From contig OX638351.1 of the NCBI GenBank assembly GCA_951813565.1, positions 736,001 through 800,000 of the forward strand: a DNA stretch of 64,000 nt, in the 5' to 3' direction. The notes beneath the pieces were generated by a model. That model made no database searches and was not told the origin of the DNA. It worked only from the letters and a program-made list of their open reading frames with translations. This DNA comes from an uncultured Poribacteria bacterium. Its GTDB lineage: Bacteria; Poribacteria; WGA-4E; WGA-3G. Both the position numbers and the translations under genes were made by a program. This document shows positions 51,708-61,800 of this stretch, piece after piece. Positions within the stretch are counted from its first letter, which is position 1. The number at the start of each line of letters is the position of its first letter.

Positions 51708-52057
51708 CTATAGTTTGGACAATTCTTGTCTCGTGGAAGTTGGGTTTTAACGGAAATCTATTTTTTTAAGAGTTTCGAATATCAGTGGAACACAGCGAAA
51801 ATTGCCGCACTCCAGCGGAGTGCTATGTCTATAGAAAACGTTATGCCACATTCTTGCACTCCAGCGGAGTGCTATGTGTCGGAAATCACATGCCGCTCCG
51901 CTGGAGCGGATATATCGGTTCATAAAGTGGCTATAAACATTTTGCTCCGCTTGAACAAAGAGGGTTCCATTATGTCCGTTATGTGTTGATTGGGTGAAAT
52001 AAGTGGTGAACTAATTTCTTATATCATCTCACGTTTTTAAAATTGCCCAAACTATAG
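51708..52057. mobile_element. MITE inside the rib operon, with internal GCACTCCAGCGGAGTGC palindromes
   Basis: IRs CTATAGTTTGGACAATT / AATTGCCCAAACTATAG; palindrome twice plus the inverted variant CCGCTCCGCTGGAGCGG. Confidence 0.7.
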
Positions 52058-52094
52058 CGAATTATAAGCGAATTTTATTGTAGGAACGATAACT

Positions 52095-52574
52095 ATGCCA
52101 AACATATATGAAGGTGACCTAAATAGCAGCGGACTCAAATTCGGAATCATTGTAAGTCGGTTTAACAGTTTTATCACGACAAAACTTTTGGATGGCGCAC
52201 TTGATGCTATTAAACGCCATGGCGGCAACTTAGATGAAGTAGACGTTGTCTGGATTCCTGGTGCTTTTGAAACGCCAAGTATCGCCAAACAACTTGCCGA
52301 AAGTGAGCGATACGATGCACTTATCTGTATTGGTGCTGTTATTCGCGGTGCTACACCACACTTTGATTATGTTGCGGGTGAAAGTGCCAAAGGCATCGCG
52401 CACGTTTCTCTAAATACTGGTATTCCGATTATCTATGGAATTATTACCACAGATACGATTGAACAAGCGATTGAACGCGCAGGTACAAAAGCCGGGAACA
52501 AAGGTGCTGAAGCAGCTGTAACCGCAATTGAAATGGCAAACCTTCGCAAACAACTGCAAACGCTTGATTCTTGA
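52095..52574 (+). CDS. ribH: 6,7-dimethyl-8-ribityllumazine synthase
   Basis: [25 protein letters not shown]. Confidence 0.97.
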   Translation: MPNIYEGDLNSSGLKFGIIVSRFNSFITTKLLDGALDAIKRHGGNLDEVDVVWIPGAFETPSIAKQLAESERYDALICIGAVIRGATPHFDYVAGESAKGIAHVSLNTGIPIIYGIITTDTIEQAIERAGTKAGNKGAEAAVTAIEMANLRKQLQTLDS

Positions 52575-52696
52575 AGCACTTGTGATACTAAAATTAACCT
52601 AATTTGCAGAGCAGGGTCTCCATGCTTCATCCTGCGGGGAGGCGAAAAATCCTTGCACTATTTGAAACGCAAACACTTTTGATGGAGATTAACCCA

Positions 52697-53341
52697 ATGC
52701 AATATGACAAAAACAGATACCAAATATGGGCACTACCTCACCCTCTGGTCTTATTCTGGATATTAAACCCGGCTGCGATAATCAATGAACTGATTTTGGG
52801 GCAACGGTTGCCAAAGATAATGTTGATAGACGCAGAAAGCGATGCACCTTTTGCGGAACGTAGTTATATTCCGTGTCCTCACTGCGAAACACTAAATGAT
52901 GGTCGTATATGGGGAAAAGGAAATGCACTCGGACATTGGTTTGGGTTTGTTTGTCCAAATTGCCATCAAATAATTCCGTGTCTATGGAGTTTATATAGTT
53001 ATGCTGTCTTGGCGGTTACTTATCCACTGTGGTATTTTCCTGCTCGGTTCTTCCGCGATAGATGGATAGCGAAAGAAAAAGCAAGATTGGCAACAGTTCT
53101 TGAACGTCCTTTAATTCAAGCGAATGAAGTAAATTGGCTTTTAATAGGCATTTCCTGTTTGGGTGGATTCATGTGGTTGATTATGGGGTTTATTCCGGAG
53201 GTGCGGAATGTCTTGAATGGAGAAGAATGGGATTTTATAATGTTGTTTGTTATTCAGTTGCCACTTTGGTTGGTAACAGGCTTCTGCTGGGGCTTGTTTA
53301 TGCGTATTTTCATGAATAAGAAGGGGAAGGGGAGACGCTAA
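52697..53341 (+). CDS. hypothetical membrane protein with two CxxC pairs (zinc ribbon)
   Basis: CPHC and CPNC motifs, hydrophobic helices; RBS GGAG. Confidence 0.7.
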   Translation: MQYDKNRYQIWALPHPLVLFWILNPAAIINELILGQRLPKIMLIDAESDAPFAERSYIPCPHCETLNDGRIWGKGNALGHWFGFVCPNCHQIIPCLWSLYSYAVLAVTYPLWYFPARFFRDRWIAKEKARLATVLERPLIQANEVNWLLIGISCLGGFMWLIMGFIPEVRNVLNGEEWDFIMLFVIQLPLWLVTGFCWGLFMRIFMNKKGKGRR

Positions 53342-53369
53342 ATTCCCGCGCTAACCGTAAAGTGAGCGC

Positions 53370-53486
53370 GGCACTGACCGTCCCGATAACCTACAACTGC
53401 TCTGCGGTGCGTGTAATTCAACGAAAGGCAACGGCACGCAGGCACAACTCATCGCCCGATTGAAAGAACAAGGTGTGTTACAGTAA
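53370..53486 (+). pseudogene. C-terminal remnant of an HNH endonuclease
   Basis: GTDRPDNLQLLCGACNSTKGNGTQAQLIARLKEQGVLQ*, no start and no N-terminal His region. Confidence 0.7.
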
Positions 53487-53512
53487 ACAGATGTGGTAGA
53501 AGAAAATGATTG

Positions 53513-53716
53513 CATAGGTGTCAATTTAGTCCCACATTGTAGGACGGGGTCTCTGTGCCCCGCCATCACATAGGACATGCCAGGCAACGGGCGGGCACCA
53601 AATCAACGGTATGAATGCCTTTTGGCATTCCCCGGAGACCCGCCCCTACAATAGGGTAGGGTTTAGTTAAGCAATCACGTAAAAATTTGAAATAAATTCT
53701 TAAGTTGACAGTTATG
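53513..53716. mobile_element. IS231-like MITE carrying a REP pair and an AATCAAC module, directly before hisH
   Basis: CATAGGTGTCAATTTAG / CTTAAGTTGACAGTTATG; degenerate 19-bp flanks that share AAATGATTG. Confidence 0.7.
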
Positions 53717-53728
53717 GATAAAACATAA

Positions 53729-54340
53729 ATGATTGCAATTATAGACTACAAAGCTGGAAACCTTACAAGCGTTGCGCGTGCTTTGGACCACCTCGGCTAT
53801 GAAAACCAGATCACGGATGATGCGGAAACCATTCTTGATGTAGAACGCGTTATCTTTCCCGGAGTCGGTGCTGCAAAAGCGACTATGGGAAACTTGCAGG
53901 ATCGTTCTCTTGACGATGTGCTTCTCAAGTTCTACGAATCTGGCAAACCGATGTTAGGCATCTGTATCGGCATCCAAATCCTTTTTGAACACAGTGAAGA
54001 AGAAGATACTGAGTGCCTTGGACTGCTATCGGGTCACGTGAAAAAATACCCTGTACATAAGCGACTCAAGGTGCCACAAATCGGATGGAATGAAGTCCAG
54101 CAGGTTCGTCCGCATCAAATCTTTGAAGGCGTGCCGAATCCTGCTCATTTTTACTTTGTTAATGCCTATTATCCTGTTCCAGAGGTGGAAGAAACCATCA
54201 TTGGGAAGACAACTTACGGTCTTGAATTCTGTAGTGTCATTGCCCATAACAATCTGGTCGCAACACAATTTCATTTGGAGAAAAGCGGTAGCGTCGGTTT
54301 AAAAATGTTGGCAAATTTTTTGAAATGGCAAGCGGGTTAA
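53729..54340 (+). CDS. hisH: imidazole glycerol phosphate synthase glutaminase subunit
   Basis: IIDYKAGNL, FPGVG, LGICIG, QFHLEKS. Confidence 0.95.
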   Translation: MIAIIDYKAGNLTSVARALDHLGYENQITDDAETILDVERVIFPGVGAAKATMGNLQDRSLDDVLLKFYESGKPMLGICIGIQILFEHSEEEDTECLGLLSGHVKKYPVHKRLKVPQIGWNEVQQVRPHQIFEGVPNPAHFYFVNAYYPVPEVEETIIGKTTYGLEFCSVIAHNNLVATQFHLEKSGSVGLKMLANFLKWQAG

Positions 54341-54388
54341 CTCCGTTTTTTGAAGGATTTATAACCTGTAACTGCGCGCAAACGTCTC

Positions 54389-55942
54389 ATGAGAACGTTA
54401 TTTTTAGCACTCGGTGTGGTGTGTGCGAACATCATTGTATATGTATCGGGGATGTATCAATACTATCTTCCCGTTTCGCACCTTTATTACGGCGTGATGC
54501 TGTTAGCAGCAATTTACGAAAATTCTCGTAACCAGAATTTACTGCTTGGGTTGACAACAACTGCTAATTGGATATACGTTTTGCGATATCCACAGCAAAT
54601 AGAGGGTATTGCTGTGGCGTTCCTATATCCGATTATCGGGTACATCTTGTCCACAACGATTCGTCAGTTGCGGATTCAGCGTTTGAATCGTGCTAAAGAG
54701 ATGGATAAGATTAGTACTGCAAAGACCACGTTAGAAAAACGCGTACGCGAGTTATCGGTTGTTTTTGAAGTAAGCCAAGCAGCGGATGCTGCACTTGAAC
54801 TCGAAGAACTCTTCCATAGAATTGTAGAAATCCTCTCTAAACGACTCGGTATTTATCGTGGCGCATTGAAAATCTATGAAAACGAAGAAATTGTGACATC
54901 CGTTGAGGTGAATTTAGGATTAACTGCTGCAGAACAAAAGCGCGGAACAGACCATCAGATAGAGGAAATTGAGAAACAGGTTTTAGCTGAAGGTGAAGCA
55001 CGTGGCGTGCCACAGTATCGCATTCCACGTCCCTCCGTTAAGTTATTTCCGCCTGAGAAGGTTGAATCAAAAGATACGATCGCCTTTTGGGTCCTACCCA
55101 TCTTTGTAGAGGAACGCGTTATTGGAACTTTGACGATTGACAAGGCAAAAGATGAGCTTTCGGCATCTGAAGACGAACAGTTATTAACGATCATTACTTC
55201 AATAATTGCACAGCGGGTCAAAATTAAGCAGACAATTGACGCATTGGTGCAATCGGAACGATTGGCGGCACTCGGTAAATTGGTGACGACAATAGCACAT
55301 GAGGTCCGAAATCCGTTAGGCAGTATTCGGTTAGCAACACAACTTCTGAGTGAACCTGATGATCGGTTTGCACCGCTACCTAAAGATGAACGCACCGAAA
55401 TTGACGAATATACCGCAATTATTATCAAAGAGGTAGATAGACTTAACCGCTCTATTGAGCAGCTGCTTGCTTTTGGCAAACCGGCAATCGCAAATGCGGA
55501 ACTTTGCAATGTTCACGAATTACTTGATAACTGCCTCGCTACCTATCAACCCGAATTTGACCGATACAATATCAATGCCGTTCGTGAATACACGGCATGT
55601 CCGTCAGTGCATATCAATCAAGATGGCATAACACAAGTCATTCTGAATCTGTTTTCTAATGCAATTGAAGCGATGGAAGTCGGAGGGAATTTGACAATTC
55701 AGACGTACACAAAGCCAGAAACCGAAAACGTTTACATTCGCTTTCAAGACACAGGCCCGGGTATTCCTACAAGCGATGTTCCTAATCTTTTTGATGCGTT
55801 TTATACTACAAAACAGAAAGGGACAGGACTTGGACTTTATATTACTCAGAAGATTTTGGCAGAACACGGTGGCAGTATTGAAGTTGATACTTCTCTTTCA
55901 TCCGGCACCGCTTTTATTATAACGCTTCCTTGCACAATTTAG
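54389..55942 (+). CDS. membrane sensor histidine kinase with GAF domain (NtrB-like core)
   Basis: N-terminal TMs, GAF, IAHEVRNPL, NAIEA, DTGPGI, GTGLGL. Confidence 0.92.
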   Translation: MRTLFLALGVVCANIIVYVSGMYQYYLPVSHLYYGVMLLAAIYENSRNQNLLLGLTTTANWIYVLRYPQQIEGIAVAFLYPIIGYILSTTIRQLRIQRLNRAKEMDKISTAKTTLEKRVRELSVVFEVSQAADAALELEELFHRIVEILSKRLGIYRGALKIYENEEIVTSVEVNLGLTAAEQKRGTDHQIEEIEKQVLAEGEARGVPQYRIPRPSVKLFPPEKVESKDTIAFWVLPIFVEERVIGTLTIDKAKDELSASEDEQLLTIITSIIAQRVKIKQTIDALVQSERLAALGKLVTTIAHEVRNPLGSIRLATQLLSEPDDRFAPLPKDERTEIDEYTAIIIKEVDRLNRSIEQLLAFGKPAIANAELCNVHELLDNCLATYQPEFDRYNINAVREYTACPSVHINQDGITQVILNLFSNAIEAMEVGGNLTIQTYTKPETENVYIRFQDTGPGIPTSDVPNLFDAFYTTKQKGTGLGLYITQKILAEHGGSIEVDTSLSSGTAFIITLPCTI

Positions 55943-55974
55943 TTTTCAGCTAACCGGTAAAATGGATACAAATT

Positions 55975-57399
55975 ATGTCTAATTCAGTTCTAATTGCGGA
56001 TGACGATCATAGTCTACGTTTAGTCTTAAGTGCTGCACTTGATAAGGCGGGGTATCACACAGTCAAAGCACGAAGCGGGAAAGAGGCTATTGATTTTGTT
56101 CAGAAAGATGAGTTTGATGTTATTCTCCTTGATATCTTTTTAGGAGATGCGGACGGACTGGAATTGATAGAACCTATTCAGAAACTGAATCCGACAGCGG
56201 CTATCATTATTATCACTGGACACGGGACAACACAGACCGCTATTGATGCAGCCAAACAACGCGCTTATAGTTATCTTACCAAACCGATTGATCTAAAACA
56301 TTTGTTAGACCTCGTGTCGCGCGCTGCTTCTGCTACAAGCCAAACCAGAAATGTTAAAGCAGCAATTACTTCTATTGATGCTGATGGGAAAGGCAAAATG
56401 GTAGGGCAGAGTGCTGCCATGCAAGCGGTTTATCAGATAATTGGGCGTGCTGCTGTTAGCGATGAAACCGTCCTCATTATGGGGGAAAGTGGTACTGGTA
56501 AAGAATTGGTAGCAGAACTGATTCATCAAAATAGCCCGCGCAGTGATAATCCATTTGTGGTGGTTGATTGCAGTGCTATTCCTCCCAGTCTTATTGAAAG
56601 CACACTTTTTGGGCATGTCAAAGGTGCGTTTACAGATGCACATACTGACCGAAAGGGTAAGTTTGAACAAGCGGATAGTGGAACTATTTTTCTTGATGAA
56701 GTTGGGGAATTGCCTATTGATGTGCAGATGAAGTTGTTACGCGTTCTCCAAGAACGAAAGATAGAACCGGTGGGTAGTAACGAAACACGACCTGTGAATG
56801 TGCGTATCATTGCTGCAACTAACCGAAAACTTGATACCGCAATATCACAAAAAACATTCAGAGACGATCTTTATTATCGTCTGAATGTCGTGCCGATTTC
56901 GCTACCACCTCTTAGGGAACGTAAAGAGGATATTCCAGAACTCATTGACCTTTTCACAAGCCGATTTGCGCAGGAATATCAACTTCCAAAAATTGGCATT
57001 TCCGCTGAGACAATAAAGAAACTCATAGAATATGAGTGGCCTGGCAATGTGCGTGAACTTGAGAATGCTATCAAACGCGCGCTTGTGATGTGTTCTGGAC
57101 AGATGTTACTGACAGAACATTTTTCACAAATTTTTGACAAACCGATTTCAGGTAGCACAACAGACAACCAAAATCCTAATCAACAAATTCACGCGCTTCT
57201 TCAAGGTGAAGTGGAGCGCTATTTGGAATCCGATGTGGATGCAGGACAATTATATGCTGCAATTCGATCGATTTTCGAGAAACCACTCTTTAAAATTGTC
57301 CTTGAACACACTGGCGGCAACCGCAGCAAGGCATCAGAGATACTTGGGATCAACCGAAACACCTTGCATACCAAATTAAACGAGTACGACATCAAATAA
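55975..57399 (+). CDS. sigma54-dependent response regulator (NtrC-like)
   Basis: REC domain, GESGTGKE, GAFTDA, WPGNVRELEN, Fis-type HTH GINRNTL. Confidence 0.95.
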   Translation: MSNSVLIADDDHSLRLVLSAALDKAGYHTVKARSGKEAIDFVQKDEFDVILLDIFLGDADGLELIEPIQKLNPTAAIIIITGHGTTQTAIDAAKQRAYSYLTKPIDLKHLLDLVSRAASATSQTRNVKAAITSIDADGKGKMVGQSAAMQAVYQIIGRAAVSDETVLIMGESGTGKELVAELIHQNSPRSDNPFVVVDCSAIPPSLIESTLFGHVKGAFTDAHTDRKGKFEQADSGTIFLDEVGELPIDVQMKLLRVLQERKIEPVGSNETRPVNVRIIAATNRKLDTAISQKTFRDDLYYRLNVVPISLPPLRERKEDIPELIDLFTSRFAQEYQLPKIGISAETIKKLIEYEWPGNVRELENAIKRALVMCSGQMLLTEHFSQIFDKPISGSTTDNQNPNQQIHALLQGEVERYLESDVDAGQLYAAIRSIFEKPLFKIVLEHTGGNRSKASEILGINRNTLHTKLNEYDIK

Positions 57400-57450
57400 C
57401 AGTTTTGAATTCTAAAATAAAATGAATAAAATCAAATTGAGATCATACTA

Positions 57451-57744
57451 ATGGACATAGGAAAAGTTATTGGAACAGTTGTCGCAACGCGAAAAGACCC
57501 GAGTTTAGAAGGCACACGCCTTCTCGTCGTGCAACCTTTGGATGAAAAACATAATCCTATTTCCGAACCTCTTGTCGCAGTAGATACACTACAAGATGCG
57601 GGGGTAGGAGAAATAGTCTACATAGTTACCGGAGGCGATGCGGTAGGTGTTATACCCGGAAAGCGGATGCCGGTAGATGTGGCAATTGTCGGTATTGTTG
57701 ATTCTCTCTCGCTGCTTGAAGAACCGGGCAAAACGTTACCGTAA
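57451..57744 (+). CDS. EutN/CcmL bacterial microcompartment vertex (pentamer) protein
   Basis: GKVIGTVVATRKD, VAVDT..AGVGE, VDVAIVGIVD. Confidence 0.93.
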   Translation: MDIGKVIGTVVATRKDPSLEGTRLLVVQPLDEKHNPISEPLVAVDTLQDAGVGEIVYIVTGGDAVGVIPGKRMPVDVAIVGIVDSLSLLEEPGKTLP

Positions 57745-57801
57745 CATCGTGAAGTTTTAGTCTCGCGTTACGCGATATTATGCAAAATCTTGTTGGTTTT
57801 T

Positions 57802-58098
57802 ATGTACCTTGCAAAAGTAATTGGTAAAGCCGTATCTGTGCTTAAGCATCCTGCATATAAAAATCGGACGCTGCTGCTTGTCCAACCTTTGAGTCTGAAA
57901 TCCGAACTTGTCCGCACACCAACAATTGCTGTGGATTATGTGGGGGCAGGTGAAGGCGACACGGTAATTGTCGGTGCCGGTCCCGGTGTTGCACAGGAGG
58001 TTTTTGGTATAGAAAATGCCCCAATCCGAGAACTCGTAATGGGTATTGTAGACCATTTTGATGTGGAATTTCTGGAGGAAACAAAATGGCACGAGTAA
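57802..58098 (+). CDS. EutN/CcmL bacterial microcompartment vertex protein, second paralogue
   Basis: MYLAKVIG, IAVDYVGAGEGD, VMGIVD. Confidence 0.9.
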   Translation: MYLAKVIGKAVSVLKHPAYKNRTLLLVQPLSLKSELVRTPTIAVDYVGAGEGDTVIVGAGPGVAQEVFGIENAPIRELVMGIVDHFDVEFLEETKWHE

Positions 58099-58754
58099 GC
58101 AAAGAAAATCCTTTTAACCTCAGTCTTTTGTCACAGAGTTTTACTGTTATAGGTCCTACACTCCGAAAAGACCTATTTTGCGTTTTCTGCTTACTATTTA
58201 TCTGTTTAACCCTAAATGCTTGTAACCTTGCTACGATATTATCAACGCAGTATAGTGAAAATATAGCACAAGCCAATTATGGGACCGAAGCAAACCATCC
58301 CGGTCTGAATGATGGAAACCTCGAAACTGTAGCAACTATTCCGGCAAGGAATGATCGCAACTTTGTCATCCGATTTGCTGAAGTAAACCCGGTCCGCAAA
58401 ATTGTCATTCACAACGAAAACTTGTTCCGATTTGAGATGGACTACCTGAACCATGAAACCGGTAAATGGGAAACCTTCCATTCTGTCATTCAGCGGCGTA
58501 ACCTTAAAGGCAAGCGTGCCCAATCCGAGTTTGTCTTTGACAGATTGAACTTTCGCACACAGATGATACGGATTACCGTAACTCGGACTGTAGATGACAT
58601 CGTTGTGAACAAATTTGTCACCGATCCTGGAGACAAAGTGGTGAACCAGCGTAAAACGATGGCTGGCCAATACTTACCTCACTACCGAGTGGTCCGACCT
58701 TCCATTGCTCAAATCCGAGAAATTGAGGTCTATCACCTCGCCCAAAATAAGTGA
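58086..58754 (+). CDS. hypothetical lipoprotein with discoidin-like beta-sandwich
   Basis: LNAC lipobox, LNDGNLET, IREIEVY. Confidence 0.6.
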   Translation: MARVSKENPFNLSLLSQSFTVIGPTLRKDLFCVFCLLFICLTLNACNLATILSTQYSENIAQANYGTEANHPGLNDGNLETVATIPARNDRNFVIRFAEVNPVRKIVIHNENLFRFEMDYLNHETGKWETFHSVIQRRNLKGKRAQSEFVFDRLNFRTQMIRITVTRTVDDIVVNKFVTDPGDKVVNQRKTMAGQYLPHYRVVRPSIAQIREIEVYHLAQNK

Positions 58755-58822
58755 TCTATAGTAAATTTTACAAGTAACGATAAACTTTGATCGACGCGCT
58801 TACATAGCGCGTTTACCAGTTG

Positions 58823-61800
58823 ATGTTTAATATTATGATTTCAATGATGAAACACATTACATTATTAACAGTCATTTTACTCCTTATAAATATAGTGTCT
58901 TTTTTTGCTGTTATCTCTGTGGAAGCTTCCCCAGTTACCCCTAATAACCGATCACATATTAGGGGAATATCACACAGTAGCGGAAAGATTGAATTGGTAA
59001 GTGCTACATCCCAAGGGGTAACGATTCAACTTGCTATCGCTGAATCAGATTTCGAAATAGAAACACAGGAACGTAGTGGCAAACATTTTCAGACGCTCTC
59101 ATTCCCAGAATGCCGTTTCACAACAGAACATGGAACCCACCGTCTACCTATGCAGACTGCCCTGATTGGGGTTCCAGCAGATGCAAGTTTTACGTTACGT
59201 GTTGTTGAAAGTAGTGACTTTAGCATATATAAACTTCAACACACGCTCGCGGATCGTAGTGTTTATTTCGGGCAACACAATTTTAATGCAGCGGCGCCAA
59301 CATCAGAGAAGGTTTATACAACCGATCGTTTTTTTCCACACAACCTTGCTGAAATTAGAACGGCAGGATGGATTCGGGAAAACCGCGTTCTTCCTATCCA
59401 ACTAAATCCGGTTCAATATAACCCTGTCAGTGGCGAGGTTCGGCTTTACCACCGCCTTGTAGTCGAGGTGCAATTCAACGGGTTAGGTAAAGCACCGTCA
59501 GCGTTTCAAGGATTCCCTCGTCCAGAATCTTCTATTTATGAGGAAATGTTCGGGAATCTACTGATTAATCCACAAACTGCTAAGCAGTGGCGTTCTCCAG
59601 TTATGGGTGAAATTCAAGGGAACAATGTTTCCACAGTTGGGACACTTACTGAGCGCAGTCCTGCCTTTTCTCTACCCAGTGCCCCCCCAATTACCTCGCC
59701 TCGCTATAAGATCACTATTACTGAGTCAGGCATGTACCGCATTGCGGCAAGCGACTTAGCAGCAGCTGGAGTTGATATAACTACTATCAGACCTTCCTCA
59801 TTGACAATGTCAAACAAAGGAAAACAAATCCCGCTTCTTGTGCGGAGAACAAGCAGTGGACAATCAGCAACAGAGGATGGGATTAATTCCACTGGGTTTG
59901 ATAGCAACAGTGAAATCATTTTTTTCGGTCAACGCCACGGTGGTGAAAAAACTTATATTGATCCATATTCAGATGAGAATGTCTATTGGCTTTCGTGGAA
60001 TTCAGGACCGGGACTGCGGATGGAAACAAAAGTGGTTTCAACAGATACATTCGGAAGATATGAACCTAAGAACTTCCTCACACGTGTCCATTTTGAAAAA
60101 GATAATCAGTTTAGACGTTTTAAAAATTTTGGTCTTGCAGCAGGAAGTGAATATCAACAAATTAGTGACGGTCTCCAAGAACGGCGATTCACACTAACAG
60201 CCTTACCTGAGTTGCCAGACGATAGTTGGTTTTGGGCACAACTCAGTGCACCACAAGTAAGAGGCTTTCCTTTTACGATAACCGGTGTTGCGGGAACAGC
60301 TGAAAAAGCTACCGTACGGATTGCGCTCCACGGCAGATCAGAAGATGTGCACTTTACTGAACTGTGGCTGAATGAGGATATTGTCCTTGGAGGACCGCGA
60401 TGGGAAGGAGAAACAGAATTCCAATTTGAGAATCAACAGATTTCCCAATCCGTTCTCAAAGATGGTAGAAATACAATTAGCGCGGTTAATCCTGGGGGGA
60501 GTGGTCTGGATCTCATCATGCTGAACTGGTTTGAAATTGACTATTGGCGAACTTTTGAAGCAAATGCGGATGTTCTGCCTTTTTCAATTACATTACTCCC
60601 AGACGATGAAACCGGCAACGTTAATCCTAATTTTAAAGTTGAGTTAAAGAACTTTTCCAATCCTAACATTGAGATTTATGGTATTGATGGCACGCGGTAT
60701 GTTGGTTTATCACCGATAGAAGATGAAGATCGTCCAGGCATCTACAATGTCGTTTTTCAATCTTCACGGATAGGCGGCGTGTCGCAAAACCGATCTGCTG
60801 TACCACTTGATACAGATATCCAATATATCGCGCTAACAAGCGACAAATACCTAAAACCTAACAAAATCATCAAGGACACATCATCGGATTTAAGCGGTCT
60901 ACACAACGGTGCAGATTACATTATCATTACGGATACAGAATTTATGCGAGATGTGCAACCGCTTGTCGACTTTCGAATCCAGCAAGGAATGCGGGCTAAA
61001 GTGGTGGATGTCCAAAATATCTATGATGAGTTTAATCATGGAATTTCCAATCCTTATGCGCTCCGCGATTTCCTTAAGTATGCTTATGAAAACTGGCAAC
61101 CGCCAGCACCAACCTATGTTTTGTTAGTTGGGGACACAAGCCCAAAAGACAAGGTAAGTTTTGTTCCTACAATTCAGGTGCAAATCCCGGGTTACGGTTC
61201 ATCTGCGAGCGATCACCAATTCGTCACATTTCGCGGCGATGACAGTTTCCCGGATATGCTTATCGGAAGAGTGCCAGCAGCAAATAGTGTAGATGCGCGG
61301 ATATTCGTTGAACGTACCATCAACTATGAAAATACTGCCGAAGTAGGTCCTTGGCACAAACGTATACTTATGCTCGCGGGCTCAGATAAAAGATTTCACG
61401 CCCAAACCGATGAACTGATTGAAGTGAGAAGGCTCCCTGAAAAATATGAAACTAAACTAATCTATGCGCCTCCTACTGCAGAAGATGAACTGACCTTAGG
61501 TGAAGGCAGCACTCCTGTTGGACGACAGGTTATTGATGGTTTCAACGATGGAGCGACTCTTGTTAATTATATCGGTCACGGTGGTGGAGGCGTTTGGTCA
61601 TCCAGTCGTATGATGGATTTAGAGGATCCAGAAAAAAACCTAACAAATATATCGCGGCTTCCCTTTGTTATCAGTATGACGTGTTTCACGGGTGAATTCG
61701 ACAGTCCATCAGGCTGTCTCGCGGAAGCGTTGCTTCGTTCGGAAAGTGGTGGTGCCATCGCGGTCATCGGCGGAACGAGCATCGGACTATTAGATGGGGA

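Noticed and set aside
53342..53372. Integron attC site
   Set aside because: Too short, lacks proper R/L boxes, single copy, and no integrase in the window.
57451..58098. Complete microcompartment or carboxysome locus
   Set aside because: No hexamer shell genes, RuBisCO or metabolosome enzymes in the window.
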